Origin: Ginkgo biloba | Taxonomy: Eukaryota; Plantae; Ginkgophyta | Length of the DNA: 19,382 nt | NCBI GenBank assembly: GCA_024626585.2 | Contig: JANKJI020000004.1 | Coordinates: 152,423,026-152,442,407 of the forward strand | Direction: 5' to 3' | Shown here: positions 1-14,154 of the stretch, piece after piece | Layout of the letters: each line of letters starts with the position of its first letter | Numbering within the stretch: position 1 is the first letter of the stretch | Notes under the pieces: generated by a model | The model's input: only the letters and a program-made list of their open reading frames with translations | Told to the model about the DNA's origin: nothing | Databases searched by the model: none | Made by a program: the position numbers and the translations under genes

Positions 1-214
1 CCTCTGAAATCAAGCGTTCTGATATCGTAAAATCCAAACCATCAACCTTGACTCTCTCTTCATCCCAGGTTTCAACTACTTGTAAGAAAATAGACTCACT
101 AAAGCCTAAATTTTTTTGAAAAAACTCAAGAAGGCCAACCTTATCCAATAGCTCCTTCACATCATCTTTCATTTTAAGCACAGACGATTCAATCATGACC
201 GGATCCCCTCCCAT
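1..214 (-). CDS. 5' part of an ORF running off the window edge; probable accessory (non gag-pol) ORF of an LTR retrotransposon
   Basis: Manual translation from ATG at 214 gives 71 stop-free codons to the edge: MGGDPVMIESSVLKMKDDVKELLDKVGLLEFFQKNLGFSESIFLQVVETWDEERVKVDGLDFTISERLISE. It is absent from the ORF track because it has no stop in the window. From memory, not a search, it resembles MGGD-start hypothetical proteins of gymnosperm repeats. Confidence 0.55.
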   Translation of the reverse strand, partial: MGGDPVMIESSVLKMKDDVKELLDKVGLLEFFQKNLGFSESIFLQVVETWDEERVKVDGLDFTISERLISE

Positions 215-539
215 AATGCTGAAGGGAGAGTTTGTCAACCTGGTAACAGAGACACCCACCCAGAGCTTCTGTAAGAGACAATGTTGAGGGCAGAGGGAAA
301 GCCTTCGCGAACCTCCCTGCCTATAATCCAACTATGCCTGCCATGCAAACTAATTAAGACACAATCCTTTGACGACAAGGGTGAGATCACCCCTTCACCA
401 ATAATGATTTTGGAGGTTCCATCAATCAAGTTATCAACATGGCCATTTGAAAATAAAACCCTGGCATCAACAAAAACATTCCTCTTAACTATGGAAATTT
501 TTGTTTGCCAGATTAAATATTAATTTTTAGTTCCATGCA

Positions 540-1870
540 TAGTTGATGTATAAGATTGATCTTTTGGTCACAATTCATACTTTTGTAGATGGAAGTTTGT
601 GACATAGTGATGGTTGGGATTGTTTATTTTTGTTGGTATATTTATGGTCTTATCTTTACTTGGAAGGTTTTATTTACTTATATAAGTTTTATAATTTCTT
701 TTTTGGAAGGAATTTCTAATTAATTTATCATTTTTTAAATGGTTTTCATGGCCTCTTAGAACAAAAAATTTCTTTAATAGGATTTGGAAAGTTCGAATCA
801 TTCTTCCTTATAGGTGTTATGACATTTATGCTTTCATTTTATAGATTGAGATATTAAATAGGATTTGGAATTAGGCTATCCAACTTATATATTTTTTTCT
901 TGTTCTTTGGGTTATTACTATAGTTATCCCACTCATGATCTACGAGACCACATTCATCACAAACAAATCAATCACCATTTTTGGACATAGGGAATTTTTC
1001 CTATGTATGCTCGCCATCATAAATATAAATGGAAATGTATCACTTTAGTGTTACCCTCCCATATTTGGTATTATCAAGTTAAATTTCTAGCATATTGGTA
1101 GAACATATTTTGTGTACCTCGTCCCCTATAATGTTTATAACTTACCTTTATTCCCCCTTATCTTTGTTGTATCAATATGTCTCAATGTAATGTGAGTCTA
1201 CCTTGTAAATATTGTACCATTTATCTAATATATGTACTATTTGATCCTCAATATTTTCATTGCATAAGTTCCCTTTTCAATTACATGGATGTGGGGACCA
1301 TACATCTCTATAGTGAGTTGGGACATTTCCTATTAGAGTTTTTTAATCTTTATGAAAAGGTTATCGACTATAATATTGTTTCACTATTACCTTTATAATT
1401 TTAAGGTAGATAATTCTTGTTGTAATTTCTCAATTTTTGGATTTTCATATGGATCCATGTAAATTATATTATAACATGATTTAGTGTCGACCAACTAATT
1501 CTAAAATATTATGGTAAGGTCTCAAACTTGCTTGTAATTTTATATTATATATAAATGAATTGAGTTTAGTACATAGGGAAATAATCCTTGTACAAAAAAT
1601 TATAATAGGTGTGGAGGTGAAGGCATGTATTTGAGCCTAAATTTTTATAATACAATTTGCATCCATTCATCATAGTCCTTAATTGATTCTCTTGGTTGTT
1701 TATGAATCTATTCAAGAACTTGAAAAATCATTAATTTCCCATAATTTTTGAAATTGATCTAAAAATAAAGAATAGAGTTGATCCCAAGTTAGTTTGTTTA
1801 GTATGATGTCCTAACACCATGTGATGGTTGGTCATCATAGAGTGATAAAAAATTAGTATTTGATATTTCA
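540..1870 (-). mobile_element. Highly degenerate LTR retrotransposon gag remnant
   Basis: The minus strand at 961-920 reads CDECGLVDHEWDNY, a decayed CX2CX4HX4C zinc knuckle. A second decayed knuckle (WYNIYKVDSHYIETY) lies near 1218-1175, and a gag-like FVQGL lies at about 1596-1582. Many stops; boundaries approximate. Confidence 0.5.
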
Positions 1871-4800
1871 TTTTTTAGATATGTTTTTTAGCTCAAAAAT
1901 ATTTTTAAATAGTGTTAAATGGTTGAAAGGTTCTCTAATATCATCATAACGTAAAGTGATAAAGGAATTATTATTTTGTACCAAAATGTAAGGTTGATTT
2001 GGGTCATTTTTATTAGTGGGATGTGTTTTTATGAATAGAGGATCTATATTTATCGATAAATATCTTACTTTNNNNNNNNNNNNNNNNNNNNNNNNNNNNN
2101 NNNNNNNNNNNNNNNNNNCTAATTTAACTTGTTATTCTGTTGTTGAAGCACTATGGTTTGAATATTCTAGGATAAGGGGTTATAGATAAGAACAATCATA
2201 ACTTATCATACAATTAATATGTGGATCCAAAGGTCTTTACCTACCTTTTCATTAAGTTCCAAGCTAATTTATTCCTTCTCAATTTCCTATAGTGTTTGAA
2301 TTCTTCCCTTTATTATAAAATTAGTTTTCTTTTCTTGTTTATCTGATGTTGTAATTTGTGNNNNNNNNNNNNATCTTATTATTCTTATTATTTGGTACTT
2401 TGGACATGCTACTACCTATCCTTGTTTGGTAATTTAAGATTTCACCCTTTATGAATTTCTTCTAATAATCCTTCTTTGTGGCTTGTGCTAACTTTTGTTG
2501 TTCTATTTTCTCGTCACATTTTATGCATGAATCTGCTATAGTTTTCTCCTTACGAAGTATGATGAAGTCCCTTGGATATATAATAATGTTTTAATATCAA
2601 TATACAACCTTCATGATAGTAAGGGTTATAATAAATGTAGCCAATATCACATTTGAGTTATGCTATCTTTGAGAGAACCTAGTTAGATTCAATTGAAGGA
2701 AATGAGATTAATGTTTACTACTTATGGTATTCTCTTTTGGATAGTTATTGGAAGAGGATAATATGAATTCTACTCTCACTAAAAGGTGTACAAATCAAAA
2801 TCTAAGTAGCTATCAACACTTATAGTAATGATAACTATTCTTAATAAACAAGCATTGCATACATAAAAGATGCAGATGGAAAGAAAAAAATTATACTGGT
2901 GATTGAATTCCATACAAAATTAATGATGCATTAGCCTTATGGAATTATAATATTTATAAATTAAAAGTTCCTCCTTAGNNNNNNNNNNNNNNNNNNNNNN
3001 NNNNNNNNNNNNNNNNNNNNNNNNNNNNNNNNNNNNNNNNNNNNNNNNNNNNNNNNNNNNNNNNNNNNNNNNNNNNNNCCATCTTATTTTTCTCATTATT
3101 ACACCTTACTCTATCATTTTATCCCTCCTTTAGGTCATTTGTTAAACCTTCTTGGCTACTTAACAAATGTTGTATAGTAAAATAATACAAGAACTTGATA
3201 ATCCTATTTATTGAGATTTTATTGGTCATTTATTGAGCTTGCATACATCATTCATTTACTTGAAAATACCATTACAAAATAGTAATTTTAATATAAGGAA
3301 GGTAGTTAAAACATAATTTAGCACTAGTCTTCAGGTCATATGGCTTCATGTGACTTTGGATTTCAAAAAATCCTTAGAATTTTTTAATTTATTTTTGTTT
3401 ACTAAAGTTAAACTTTAAATTTGGTTAATTTTTTTTTTGAAAGTTAATCAAGTGACTGCATGATTGATTCTTTTGAAACCATAATATTTTTTATCAATTA
3501 ATTTTTAAAAATTCTTCTACTTCATTTCCATCCTTTTATTCATCTCCCAACCTCTTCACTTGTTTGGCCTCTAGATGCCTTCTTACGTTCGTTTGCAATT
3601 TTTTTGTTCATCAAGAGGCTGTCTTCTTTGACTCACATCCTATGTTTGATGTTCTTCACTACAAAAGTATCTTCTAACTATGTGCTATGATGTTTTTTAA
3701 TTGTGCGTCTCACATTCTCAACTCCACGAATTCATCTTTGGATCTACAACCTTTATTCAATCTTTTATATAATCATTTGTCTAATGTCGATGGACGTTCA
3801 TTTCATTCTCCTTTATAGTGATGGTTTCACGATTTATTCTATTATGGTTTCTTCTCAATTATTTTGTAGCTTCACATTTTTCTTCCTCTAACTACAACTT
3901 GATCACTACATCTTCTTAATAGTCATTTGTTGACATTCATATAAATTCTTCATAGTATTCATTCGGTTGTATTCATTATTTTTTTTCTTCTTTGTCATCT
4001 CCTTTGATCATTCATTTCTATCACAATGACCATTTATTATACCATTCATTCAGTCATTCATTGGCCATTCTTTGCTTCTCTACTACTACTCTCTTTCCTT
4101 CTTCATTTTTATCTATTGNNNNNNNNNNNNNNNNNNNNNNNNNNNNNNNNNNNNNNNNNNNNNNNNNNNNNNNNNNNNNNNNNNNNNNNNNNNNNNNNNN
4201 NNNNNNNNNNNNNNNNNNNNNNNNNNNNNNNNNNNNNNNNNNNNNNNNNNNNNNNNNNNNNNNNNNNNNNNNNNNNNNNNNNNNNNNNNNNNNNNNNNNN
4301 NNNNNNNNNNNNNNNNNNNNNNNNNNNNNNNNNNNNNNNNNNNNNNNNNNNNNNNNNNNNNNNNNNNNNNNNNNNNNNNNNNNNNNNNNNNNNNNNNNNN
4401 NNNNNNNNNNNNNNNNNNNNNNNNNNNNNNNNNNNNNNNNNNNNNNNNNNNNAGGGTTTTTTGTTGATTATTTCTTTGCTCCTCTACTGCTTCATGTCTC
4501 TTCTCATAGCCTACTTTTCTCTTCTTAACAACAAATTCATAAACTCATTTTTGACTTCATAAATTCTTGCAACACAAAATTTTTATATAAAAAATAGCTT
4601 ATCCACAAGCCCTCAACCTATTCTACCAATTATTGGTGTAGGCTACCTATAGACAATAATCATAGGGCTTCTTGGTTCTTGTGGTAATAACTAGCTCACA
4701 TAGAATCTCACAAACCTAAAAATATTACTCAACTCTAAAAAAATTGTTAACCACATGGTTCAGTACATCCAAGTACACCTATTTTTTGGGGGGGTTCATA

Positions 4801-5044
4801 TATTTATGGACTATTTTAGCTCATAATCTCTTAATATTTTAATAAAAAAAAATCCTTCTTTCTCATTTAATATCTCAACTACTGTCTCATCTACTCTTCT
4901 CTATAACCTTCTCCACTTTTCTCCAAGTGGGATACATGATAATATTTGTTTTTTTAAGAGGGGAAATGTCAAATCTAATAAACACCACCTCCATAGAGGG
5001 AAATTAGTACAAAATGACCATGCATTCACTAAATTATGTTACAA

Positions 5045-5053
5045 TGGTATCAG
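5045..5053 (+). other. Possible tRNA-Met(i) primer-binding site remnant
   Basis: TGTTACA-A-TGGTATCAG: an LTR-like CA end followed by the first 9 nt of the plant PBS consensus TGGTATCAGAGC. Confidence 0.35.
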
Positions 5054-5889
5054 GGAGATGATTGATCATCTTGTATTATTAATAATATTTTATTCCTAAA
5101 ATACATCATGAATAAATGAGAAATAAAGTATCCATTATTTAGTACTCTTTAATGTGTGATAATATCTTAGTACCAATACGTTAACACCAACAATCCTATA
5201 TGGGGTTATGTACCAACACTATTACTTGATTGGTTTTGACATTTACACAATGCATTAAAAATATTTTAGGATATGGAGAATCTTCAACAACACCTACAAT
5301 AATCCATCAAAAATTTTGATGGAATGAAATATATTTGATTAACAAGTTATGACCAAGGGATGTACCATCATCATCCCATTCATTGAATATCTTTATACAA
5401 GTATCCTTACATCATGCTCATAGTATCATACTCTATACCCAATACATAAAGTATGTGATATTGCAATGATACCTGGAAATAAACAATTGCCATGTCCATA
5501 TGAGAAATTATATCATACACACTCCAGACCTAGAGGTATAATGGTTACAACATAAATTGGTGACATGAATCTATAAATATTAAAAATATTGAGTAATAGA
5601 AAGTAATATTATAGATATAGATATACTTTGAAAAGAAGTAATGATGATAGATCAACCATATGTATGGTGTCTATTTCCTTACAATCAACAAGGGTACACA
5701 CAAAAAAAGTATTTAGAAGAGGAAGAATAGGATTAGGAATAATGGTTTAGCACTTATAGTTCATTCCATCAAACTACTCTATTCATTTTNNNNNNNNNNN
5801 NNNNNNNNNNNNNNNNNNNNNNNNNNNNNNNNNNNNNNNNNNNNNNNNNNNNNNNNNNNNNNNNNNNNNNNNNNNNNNNNNNNNNNNNN

Positions 5890-6912
5890 TTTTTCAAGTA
5901 GGCATATTGATGAAACTTATTATCATAGTAGCAGGAATCACAATGCCTAAAGATTTCATGGTAGTCTATATGTTTATAAAATATTCCTATATTGTATTAT
6001 TAAGATAATGATATTTATATAATACAAAAGAAATTTAAAACTAGGTGATAATTTATTTACCCTATATAGGTGAGGTCAACAAGTTCTCTTACCATTAGTT
6101 AACTGTAGTCCTCATACTAAGAATATTATAAATATAGATATGACATCCAATAGAATAATTATGATCGGGGATATAATAAATTTCTACTCTAAATTATCTT
6201 ATTAAATCACTAAATAACCTCATAATATGAAGGAGGATCATTGAGAAGAATTATATGCTAAGAACACCAGGAACAAAAAGAAATATAAAGGGAGGATTAA
6301 TTAGAAAAATTGAGTATCAAGCCAAGAAAGTTATAGAAAGTTGACTTTCAAAATAAGGTACACAATGGCTCAACCAATAGAGTTATATATAGGAGAGAAT
6401 AAGGGGATAAGAATCAATCCAACTCCATGAAGGAGGTTGGGAGCACTAGACATGCATATGTCTAGTAGGGGTATGATTAACAATGTAGAAGGCATGCATG
6501 TACAAGCAACCAAAATTGTAGAAAATAAAGCTCCAAGAAAGTTGGCATCAAAGTTGAAGAGTTACAACATAACTTTATAAAGGGATCTGAAATGAGGTTG
6601 AAGCAAAAAGTGAAGTGGGATCATAACCCACAAATTCTAGATTTAAGAAACTAGAAAGAATAGAAAGAAGAAAACCCAATTTTAGTTATAGAGAAAGAAT
6701 TTGTAGAGAGAACAAGGTAAGCTTATTTTGAGTGATAAGCAAGAAATAGTAGTAATGTGGAGGAGAAGATCAATGCAAGTATAAGTCAACCTCAATTGCA
6801 GAGTTTATGTAGTCATAAAGGATCAATAGAAATTGTGTCAAAGTTTGAATAAGTCCAAGCACTTGGCCATTCACCTTCTTAGGATGCCACCTCTTTTATT
6901 ACCTTCTATGGT
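5890..6912 (+). mobile_element. Degenerate Ty3/gypsy-type aspartic protease region and downstream pol remnant
   Basis: From 5901: GILMKLIIIVAGITMPKDFMVVYMFIKYSYIVLLR**YLYNTKEI*N*. This matches the layout of the C-terminal half of retrotransposon proteases (...DF.V...Y..LLGRPWL...W) with nonsense decay. Only about 5900-6045 is directly supported; the 3' boundary is a guess. Confidence 0.5.
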
Positions 6913-9900
6913 NNNNNNNNNNNNNNNNNNNNNNNNNNNNNNNNNNNNNNNNNNNNNNNNNNNNNNNNNNNNNNNNNNNNNNNNNNNNNNNNNNNNNNNN
7001 NNNNNNNNNNNNNNNNNNNNNNNNNNNNNNNNNNNNNNNNNNNNNNNNNNNNNNNNNNNNNNNNNNNNNNNNNNNNNNNNNNNNNNNNNNNNNNNNNNNN
7101 NNNNNNNNNNNNNNNNNNNNNNNNNNNNNNNNNNNNNNNNNNNNNNNNNNNNNNNNNNNNNNNNNNNNNNNNNNNNNNNNNNNNNNNNNNNNNNNNNNNN
7201 NNNNNNNNNNNNNNNNNNNNNNNNNNNNNNNNNNNNNNNNNNNNNNNNNNNNNNNNNNNNNNNNNNNNNNNNNNNNNNNNNNNNNNNNNNNNNNNNNNNN
7301 NNNNNNNNNNNNNNNNNNNNNNNNNNNNNNNNNNNNNNNNNNNNNNNNNNNNNNNNNNNNNNNNNNNNNNNNNNNNNNNNNNNNNNNNNNNNNNNNNNNN
7401 NNNNNNNNNNNNNNNNNNNNNNNNNNNNNNNNNNNNNNNNNNNNNNNNNNNNNNNNNNNNNNNNNNNNNNNNNNNNNNNNNNNNNNNNNNNNNNNNNNNN
7501 NNNNNNNNNNNNNNNNNNNNNNNNNNNNNNNNNNNNNNNNNNNNNNNNNNNNNNNNNNNNNNNNNNNNNNNNNNNNNNNNNNNNNNNNNNNNNNNNNNNN
7601 NNNNNNNNNNNNNNNNNNNNNNNNNNNNNNNNNNNNNNNNNNNNNNNNNNNNNNNNNNNNNNNNNNNNNNNNNNNNNNNNNNNNNNNNNNNNNNNNNNNN
7701 NNNNNNNNNNNNNNNNNNNNNNNNNNNNNNNNNNNNNNNNNNNNNNNNNNNNNNNNNNNNNNNNNNNNNNNNNNNNNNNNNNNNNNNNNNNNNNNNNNNN
7801 NNNNNNNNNNNNNNNNNNNNNNNNNNNNNNNNNNNNNNNNNNNNNNNNNNNNNNNNNNNNNNNNNNNNNNNNNNNNNNNNNNCGACACAAGGAGAGGGAC
7901 CAAAGTTGGGTTTGACATAAGAAGAAACTTTGAAGAGTGAAAAATCAATCAATTCACAAGACTTAGTATTTGATATAAAATTTGGTTTGGTAAAGTAAGA
8001 GAAGTAAATTTTAACTATGATAAAGGAAATAACTCCAAAAAGGTGTCAATCATGGTGGAACCCATTGGAGGATAAAAATGACTTAATTAAAAGTGAAATT
8101 AATGACTCTAAATTAACAAAGAATTAATTGGGAAGTTTATACTAATTAGACNNNNNNNNNNNNTGAATGAAAAGCTTCAGAGATAAAAAAAATAATGTCA
8201 AGTTCCAAAGTAGATCTTGATAAATCTAATAGGGAAACCTTTGACCTTGATAAAGTAATAAATAAAAAACTAAATAAGAAAATTTTTATAAATAATCCAT
8301 GAAGATAGAGCAAGATTAAAAGATGTATAACTTCAAAATGCCTCATAATAGGGAAATAAAATTATACAACTAAATAGTTTAATACCATAGTATCAACATT
8401 GATACATTGAGGNNNNNNNNNNNNNNNNNNAAAAAAATTTTAAGTGTCAGCTTTAAATATTGGAGTGAATGTTGACTTCAATAAGTGGCTATAGGCCAAA
8501 CTTGAGCCCAACATAAAAAGGCTTCCTTAAAAAACTCGCTTGATCCTATACCATATAACTATGATAATATATGATAGGAATCAATGTTATCAAGTTAGAA
8601 GATATAAGGTAAATAATTATAAATATTTATTATTGATTTTATGAATATAGATAACTATATTTTAAATTACAAACACCTACATTATGAAAGCCACAACAAG
8701 ATCCTTTATAAAGGGATAGATGAAGTACAAGGGACTTTTAAAAGTACAAATGCTTTGAGTTTATAGAATGAGAGTTTAGAATGGAATTTATATAGGTATG
8801 AAAGTAAAGGAACTTAAAATTCTAGGGACCTTTGAAGACCTTTGGGTATAGATAAAGAAAATGGTTTTACTGAGGAAGAGAAACTTAGTGAGCCAAAGAG
8901 ATCTAGAGAAATCCCAAAAAGGAGAACCAAAACTTATTGCCATCAACCACATAAAGGCACACTTGGGAACCTCACCAAAAATATTTATAAGTGGTATAGA
9001 ACATGAAATGTCACACTTGTGAATGTAACAAAAAATATTTATCAAAAAGTCAAAAAGCCAAAAAACTCTATAAAAATGGATGGTTAGGAAAAAAAAATGT
9101 AAGCGAAGGAGAGATCAAGGGATGGAATGGTGGGGAATTGGATGTTGTATATTATACTTCTATAATTGTTGCTAATAATTTCCATAACAATATCTAGTGT
9201 TATTATTACTAAGCCNNNNNNNNNNNNNNNNNNNNNNNNNNNNNNNNNNNNNNNNNNNNNNNNNNNNNNNNNNNNNNNNNNNNNNNNNNNNNNNNNNNNN
9301 NNNNNNNNNNNNNNNATAGATTGAGTAAATAACTAGTACTATTGGGGATAATTTTAGGTTACTTAGATTCAAATAAATTATGATCTATCTCCAAAATAAA
9401 TTATTATTAATTTTTAAATTAGTTTTTATCTCTCTCCAATCAACTATGATCCAACAAACATAATCCACCAATACTTCTATCTGCTTGCAAGGATGCCTCA
9501 TATGTTGATTTTTTTATAGGTTACAAATAGTAGATCTATTACACACAAGGAGGTGGTGGCACTTGACTTAGTATCCATTGATGAGTCAAAACTATAATTT
9601 ATTTAACCCCATATTCATACAATAGAGTATAATATGTAACACCTTCATATATGCATGGATAGGGTTAATCATATTGAATCAACAAACTTCACCGAAGGAT
9701 TTTCCACAATCATGTTTCCTAATGAAATACCCTTATATATTTTTTTAACTAAGTGTCACCTCTTCTGTGGCCAAATCTTATATAACTAATCAATGGTATT
9801 ATATAACACATCTTCTATGACTAGATCAATGGTCAATAGGTGATTAATGGATTGGCCTCCACAAGGAGCTAAGAAGTAGACACTACTTACTTCCCTACTA

Positions 9901-10066
9901 CTAAAGTAATTAAAACTCAAGGTCCAATAAAATTAATTCCCTTTAAAGCATAAGCAATATAATATAATAAAGAGTGTAGTATATTAGATGAAAATGACAA
10001 ATCTTTGATATGAGTATCTTTTTGCAATGACTCCATGGCAAGGGCCATTACTACTAAGAAATAAAT

Positions 10067-10329
10067 ATTCTTTTTAAATAAAAAGACATGTGCAATAATA
10101 AACTACATCATCCACTCTTATACAAGATCCTTAATCTTATCAACTTGAATACCATGCATGTTGGTAGGTAAGAAATACATATTCTTTTGAAATAAAAAGA
10201 CATGTGCAATAAGAAACTGCATCGTCCACTCTTATACAAGATCCTTAATCTTATCAACTTGAATACCATGCATGTTCTTTTGAAATAAAAAGACATGTGC
10301 AATAAGAAACTGCATCGTCCACTCTTATA
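10067..10329. repeat. Three-copy tandem repeat, periods 114 and 93 bp, third copy truncated by an N-run
   Basis: The anchor CATGTGCAATAA occurs at 10087, 10201 and 10294. The core AAATAAAAAGACATGTGCAATAAGAAACTGCATCGTCCACTCTTATA is identical in copies 2 and 3; copy 1 has a few substitutions. Confidence 0.92.
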
Positions 10330-12549
10330 NNNNNNNNNNNNNNNNNNNNNNNNNNNNNNNNNNNNNNNNNNNNNNNNNNNNNNNNNNNNNNNNNNNNNNN
10401 NNNNNNNNNNNNNNNNNNNNNNNNNNNNNTGTATACTTTTTATATGATTTAGATTACTCATTTTGTTATGTTAACTAATATCTATTTGATGAACTTAATG
10501 TTACATTTCTAAAAACATGAATAATTTTGATGGTCATAGTCAAGAGTAAAAGGACAAATGATCATGGAGATTCATGATTTTCCATATGTCCAATATGCAC
10601 TTGTCAGATATTCATTACTATAATCAAGTTATATCTATTTGTTNNNNNNNNNNNNNNNNNNNNNNNNNNNNNNNNNNTATATATACACTAGCCATATAAT
10701 TATCCTCTCCATTTATGGTTATGCATCTGTTGTATAACTACTATATTGGAGCTACCTTCTACTATTTAAAAATACACTCCAAATAATATAGAGTTTCATG
10801 TACTAATAATTAGTATAGCATAAAATCTAATAAACCTTATATCAAAGTGTAGGATGCCATGCTTGCATCATAATGTACTAACTTATGTTCCTCTATTTCT
10901 TCAAGTATTTCATGTAAGTAGGGACAAGTCACAACCAAGCATCACCACTTATTATGTTACAAAAAGACCATTTATTATATACATATGGTTATTTTACACT
11001 ATTATGATTTATATGTCATGTACACAAAAATTACCAAACATAAATGGTACATAGGAAAAAGTGGATTTCGACTAGCATTTGGTTTGTTATGATCACTCTT
11101 AACCATGGAGACTACATCTTGAAGATTGGCTAGTAATTACGGGGTCATAATTTTAAATAATGAGGTTGATATAGTATAATAAATCATCAATTCAATTGCA
11201 CATACAACATAGGCCCTAACAATAGAGTTAGATGTACTCCACAATAAATTACATGACCCTCCATTTTCTCTACAAACTTATAGTAGCTCAAACCAAAAAA
11301 TCATTCCTTTATTATCTCATACGCTCTTATCTAAATCATGAACTTATTCTAATGATGTNNNNNNNNNNNNNNNNATTGCTTTGTAAAACAAGGTTATGTT
11401 TATCTCTATATGCATATGATTTCCAAAGTTAGTTGCCAATTCATTCTATAAGGTAGATGAGTTATTTAGTAGCCCTTCGATAATTGTATGCTTCATTCAT
11501 GTCCTCTTAAGTCGTTTGTAAAGTACATGCTTTTGTCCTGATATATGATTGTATCCTTGGAAGAAATTAATTTTATAAATAGATATTAAACACCTCAGTA
11601 TACTTATTAAAGTTCAACAACATATAAGAAATAGAATTAACATGCCAATAAATCAATGTGTACAAAAGCGGTGAAGAGAAAAGCATAATCATACTCTATG
11701 AATTGAGCTAAACTTGTTACCACTATATGAGACGAGAAGCCATTCCCCTTATTGTGTCAATTCTTGGGGTCCATTCTCGCCCCATCTTTTGGACAACATA
11801 AAGAGTCATTAACTCTAGTGCGTTAAGGTGGGTTAAGGGGAGGAAGAGCATTCAATGATTTTGATATGATAATCTACCCTCATCCACAACTTCCTTAGCC
11901 CAAGGAGTTTTAAAGTTCGACTAAGATTGATGTAACAGTCTTGTTCCACCTATTAAATTCCTTAAAGATGACACAAATACACCTTTCACCTATAGCCTTT
12001 TTCGGTGTTGGTTCAAGGTAGTCCAAATGAAATCCAAATTTAACTTCACTAGGATTAAATTTGTGCTACAACAGGTTAACTCATAAGAAATGGTCTTGAT
12101 ATGTTATACATAATAACTAGAAATGCGAAGAAACCAAAAATGCACCAGTGTCTGAAAATGAATTTTAAAAAGAAAAAAATAATGATGCTTAACTGATTGG
12201 AAATGAGTTGCATGTTAAGAGGATTGGATTATTATAACAAGATTGTTACAGAGCAATATTTGTCTTGCATTACAACTTGTGGACACTAGGAGGGTATTAT
12301 TTCATCTTCTAAAGAGAAGAAACTAAAGGGGGTTAAATAGTGTGTTTTTTTTTGGAGGGGTGGGGGTTGTTGAATATGGTTTTATATATACAAATCATGT
12401 TTCAACCAAAACAAAAAAAGGAATGTACATGCCAAAAAAAATTAAAGATTGATTTGTGATCAATGACTCGATCAAATCCAAATGGTGCTAGATTGAAGGT
12501 CTCTAATTACATCACATTACGCAAGCAAACCTAATCTTGCAAAAGGAGA

Positions 12550-14100
12550 AATATATGAAATGGTACCCTGTGCTCATATTTGATAGAGATTGTCAACCAG
12601 AAGCACCACATGTGCCCCATATGATCATGCCTCCATATTGTTGGTCAAGATGAGACACATACCATCACAAAAAGGAAATCCCCTTTCCAATCCTTCTCTC
12701 CCCTTTCCTCCGTTCTCTACAAACCCAAACTTTTCTAAACTTGAAAGAAATGAAGATAAGGTTGTGTGAGACTAAACTTTTACAATTTCGCTTTTAGTTG
12801 GGCACAATAATTGGGGAATAATTTGTTTGAGAGGGATCTCTTCCCTGCTTTAGAAAGCGACTTGACGGAGCCTCATGTCCACCACATGAACCTAGACATG
12901 TGCCCGGCTACGAGAGGCTAAGCAACCCATTTCACATTGACTTTAAACTAATCTCACGTGGCTTGGTCACCGCCACATAAACTGACCTCTGCCACGAGAT
13001 ACCACATAAACTGGTAGAAAAGGATGTGGAAAAATAGCGCTGCAAATGAAGGTCTGTAACAGATTATTGTAAAGGTAAAAAATGGAAGGGACATTATTTA
13101 AAAACATATCTATGTAGCTATCAACGATGATATTGAGAAATTCAAGAGAAAAGGATGTGAAGGGGCAGCCAGTGAAAGAAATATCAAATATCCCTTAAAA
13201 TGAAGGGCATTGGGAGCCAAATATGATCCCTGCACGCTAGATGCCGATCTCTATGCATGGATTTGAATGTAGGGATATGCGACANNNNNNNNNNNNNGGG
13301 AGGGTCCGCACATGGAACGGCAGGCGGCGCTAACCCATGCATCAGTGTCTCCTGTCTTTACTCACTTGTCCCTTTAGTGGGGGCCTCCTTACTCGATAAC
13401 TCCATTGTTCTCTGTTTGAACAAAGTTATAATACAACTTCTTCTGCTTCTGCTCTACAATGTGTTTTTTCTGTCTGCATCCCCATTCCCCATGCTCATTT
13501 ATCTTTCCCTTATAATTCCTANNNNNNNNNNNNNNNNNNNNNNNNNNNNNNNNNNNNNNNNNNNNNNNNNNNNNNNNNNNNNNNNNNNNNNNNNNNNNNN
13601 NNNNNNNNNNNNNNNNNNNNNNNNNNNNNNNNNNNTGTCCAACATTGTATTAAAATTTGGATGGACAATCACTTTTGGGAGAGACAAAAATGGCTGACCA
13701 TGTTTCTATTCACATTGGAAGGAAAGCACTAAGTTCGTTCCTTTCATAATGAGGAGTTTTCAGATTGGAATCATTCACTGACTGATTAATTAGCTCCCTC
13801 TGCACTTAAATCATCGTCCAATTGTGCAGTCTGCCCATAAGCCCACGAGCTGTGTTTGCCTGCCAACAGACAGCTACTTTGTATATCTTGTAACACCGAT
13901 TATACTATGTCGTTCAGGGTACAAAACAGACTCAAAACCGTTCAGAATCAGTCCTTTGAGATTGATCTTTAGATTTCCCTGTGTCTACGTTTCACTGCCA
14001 TAGCTGCTCATGCCTTTTAAACTTGCTTAGCCTTTTTCAGTGGGATCTGACTCCTGAGGCTTTCTTTACATGTTGTCAAGTTTAAGTGGACTCTGATAGA
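12550..14100 (+). promoter_or_regulatory. Probable upstream regulatory and 5'UTR region of RGF/GLV locus 1
   Basis: Less decayed and more GC-rich than the retroelement debris upstream. It contains G-box CACGTG (12955-12960), AuxRE cores GAGACA/TGTCTC (12652, 13346, 13681), TATA-like TATAAT (13511) and a strong acceptor-like TTTTTCAG ending at 14040 (possible 5'UTR intron). Such short motifs can arise by chance. Confidence 0.4.
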
Positions 14101-14154
14101 AGATTAATGATTATAGAGCACTGTTCATTGGAGTCAGCGAGAACGGTGATGATA

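Noticed and set aside
5756-5773. Minus-strand FDGMNY, resembling the copia gag N-terminus
   Set aside because: An isolated 6-residue match followed by stops; too little to delimit an element.
6833-7952. Long 339-360 aa ORFs, and similar ones at 3992-4562
   Set aside because: They are almost entirely X residues from N-runs and are artefacts.
10067-10329. CRISPR-like repeat array
   Set aside because: Units are about 93-114 bp and contiguous with no unique spacers, there are no cas genes, and the context is eukaryotic.
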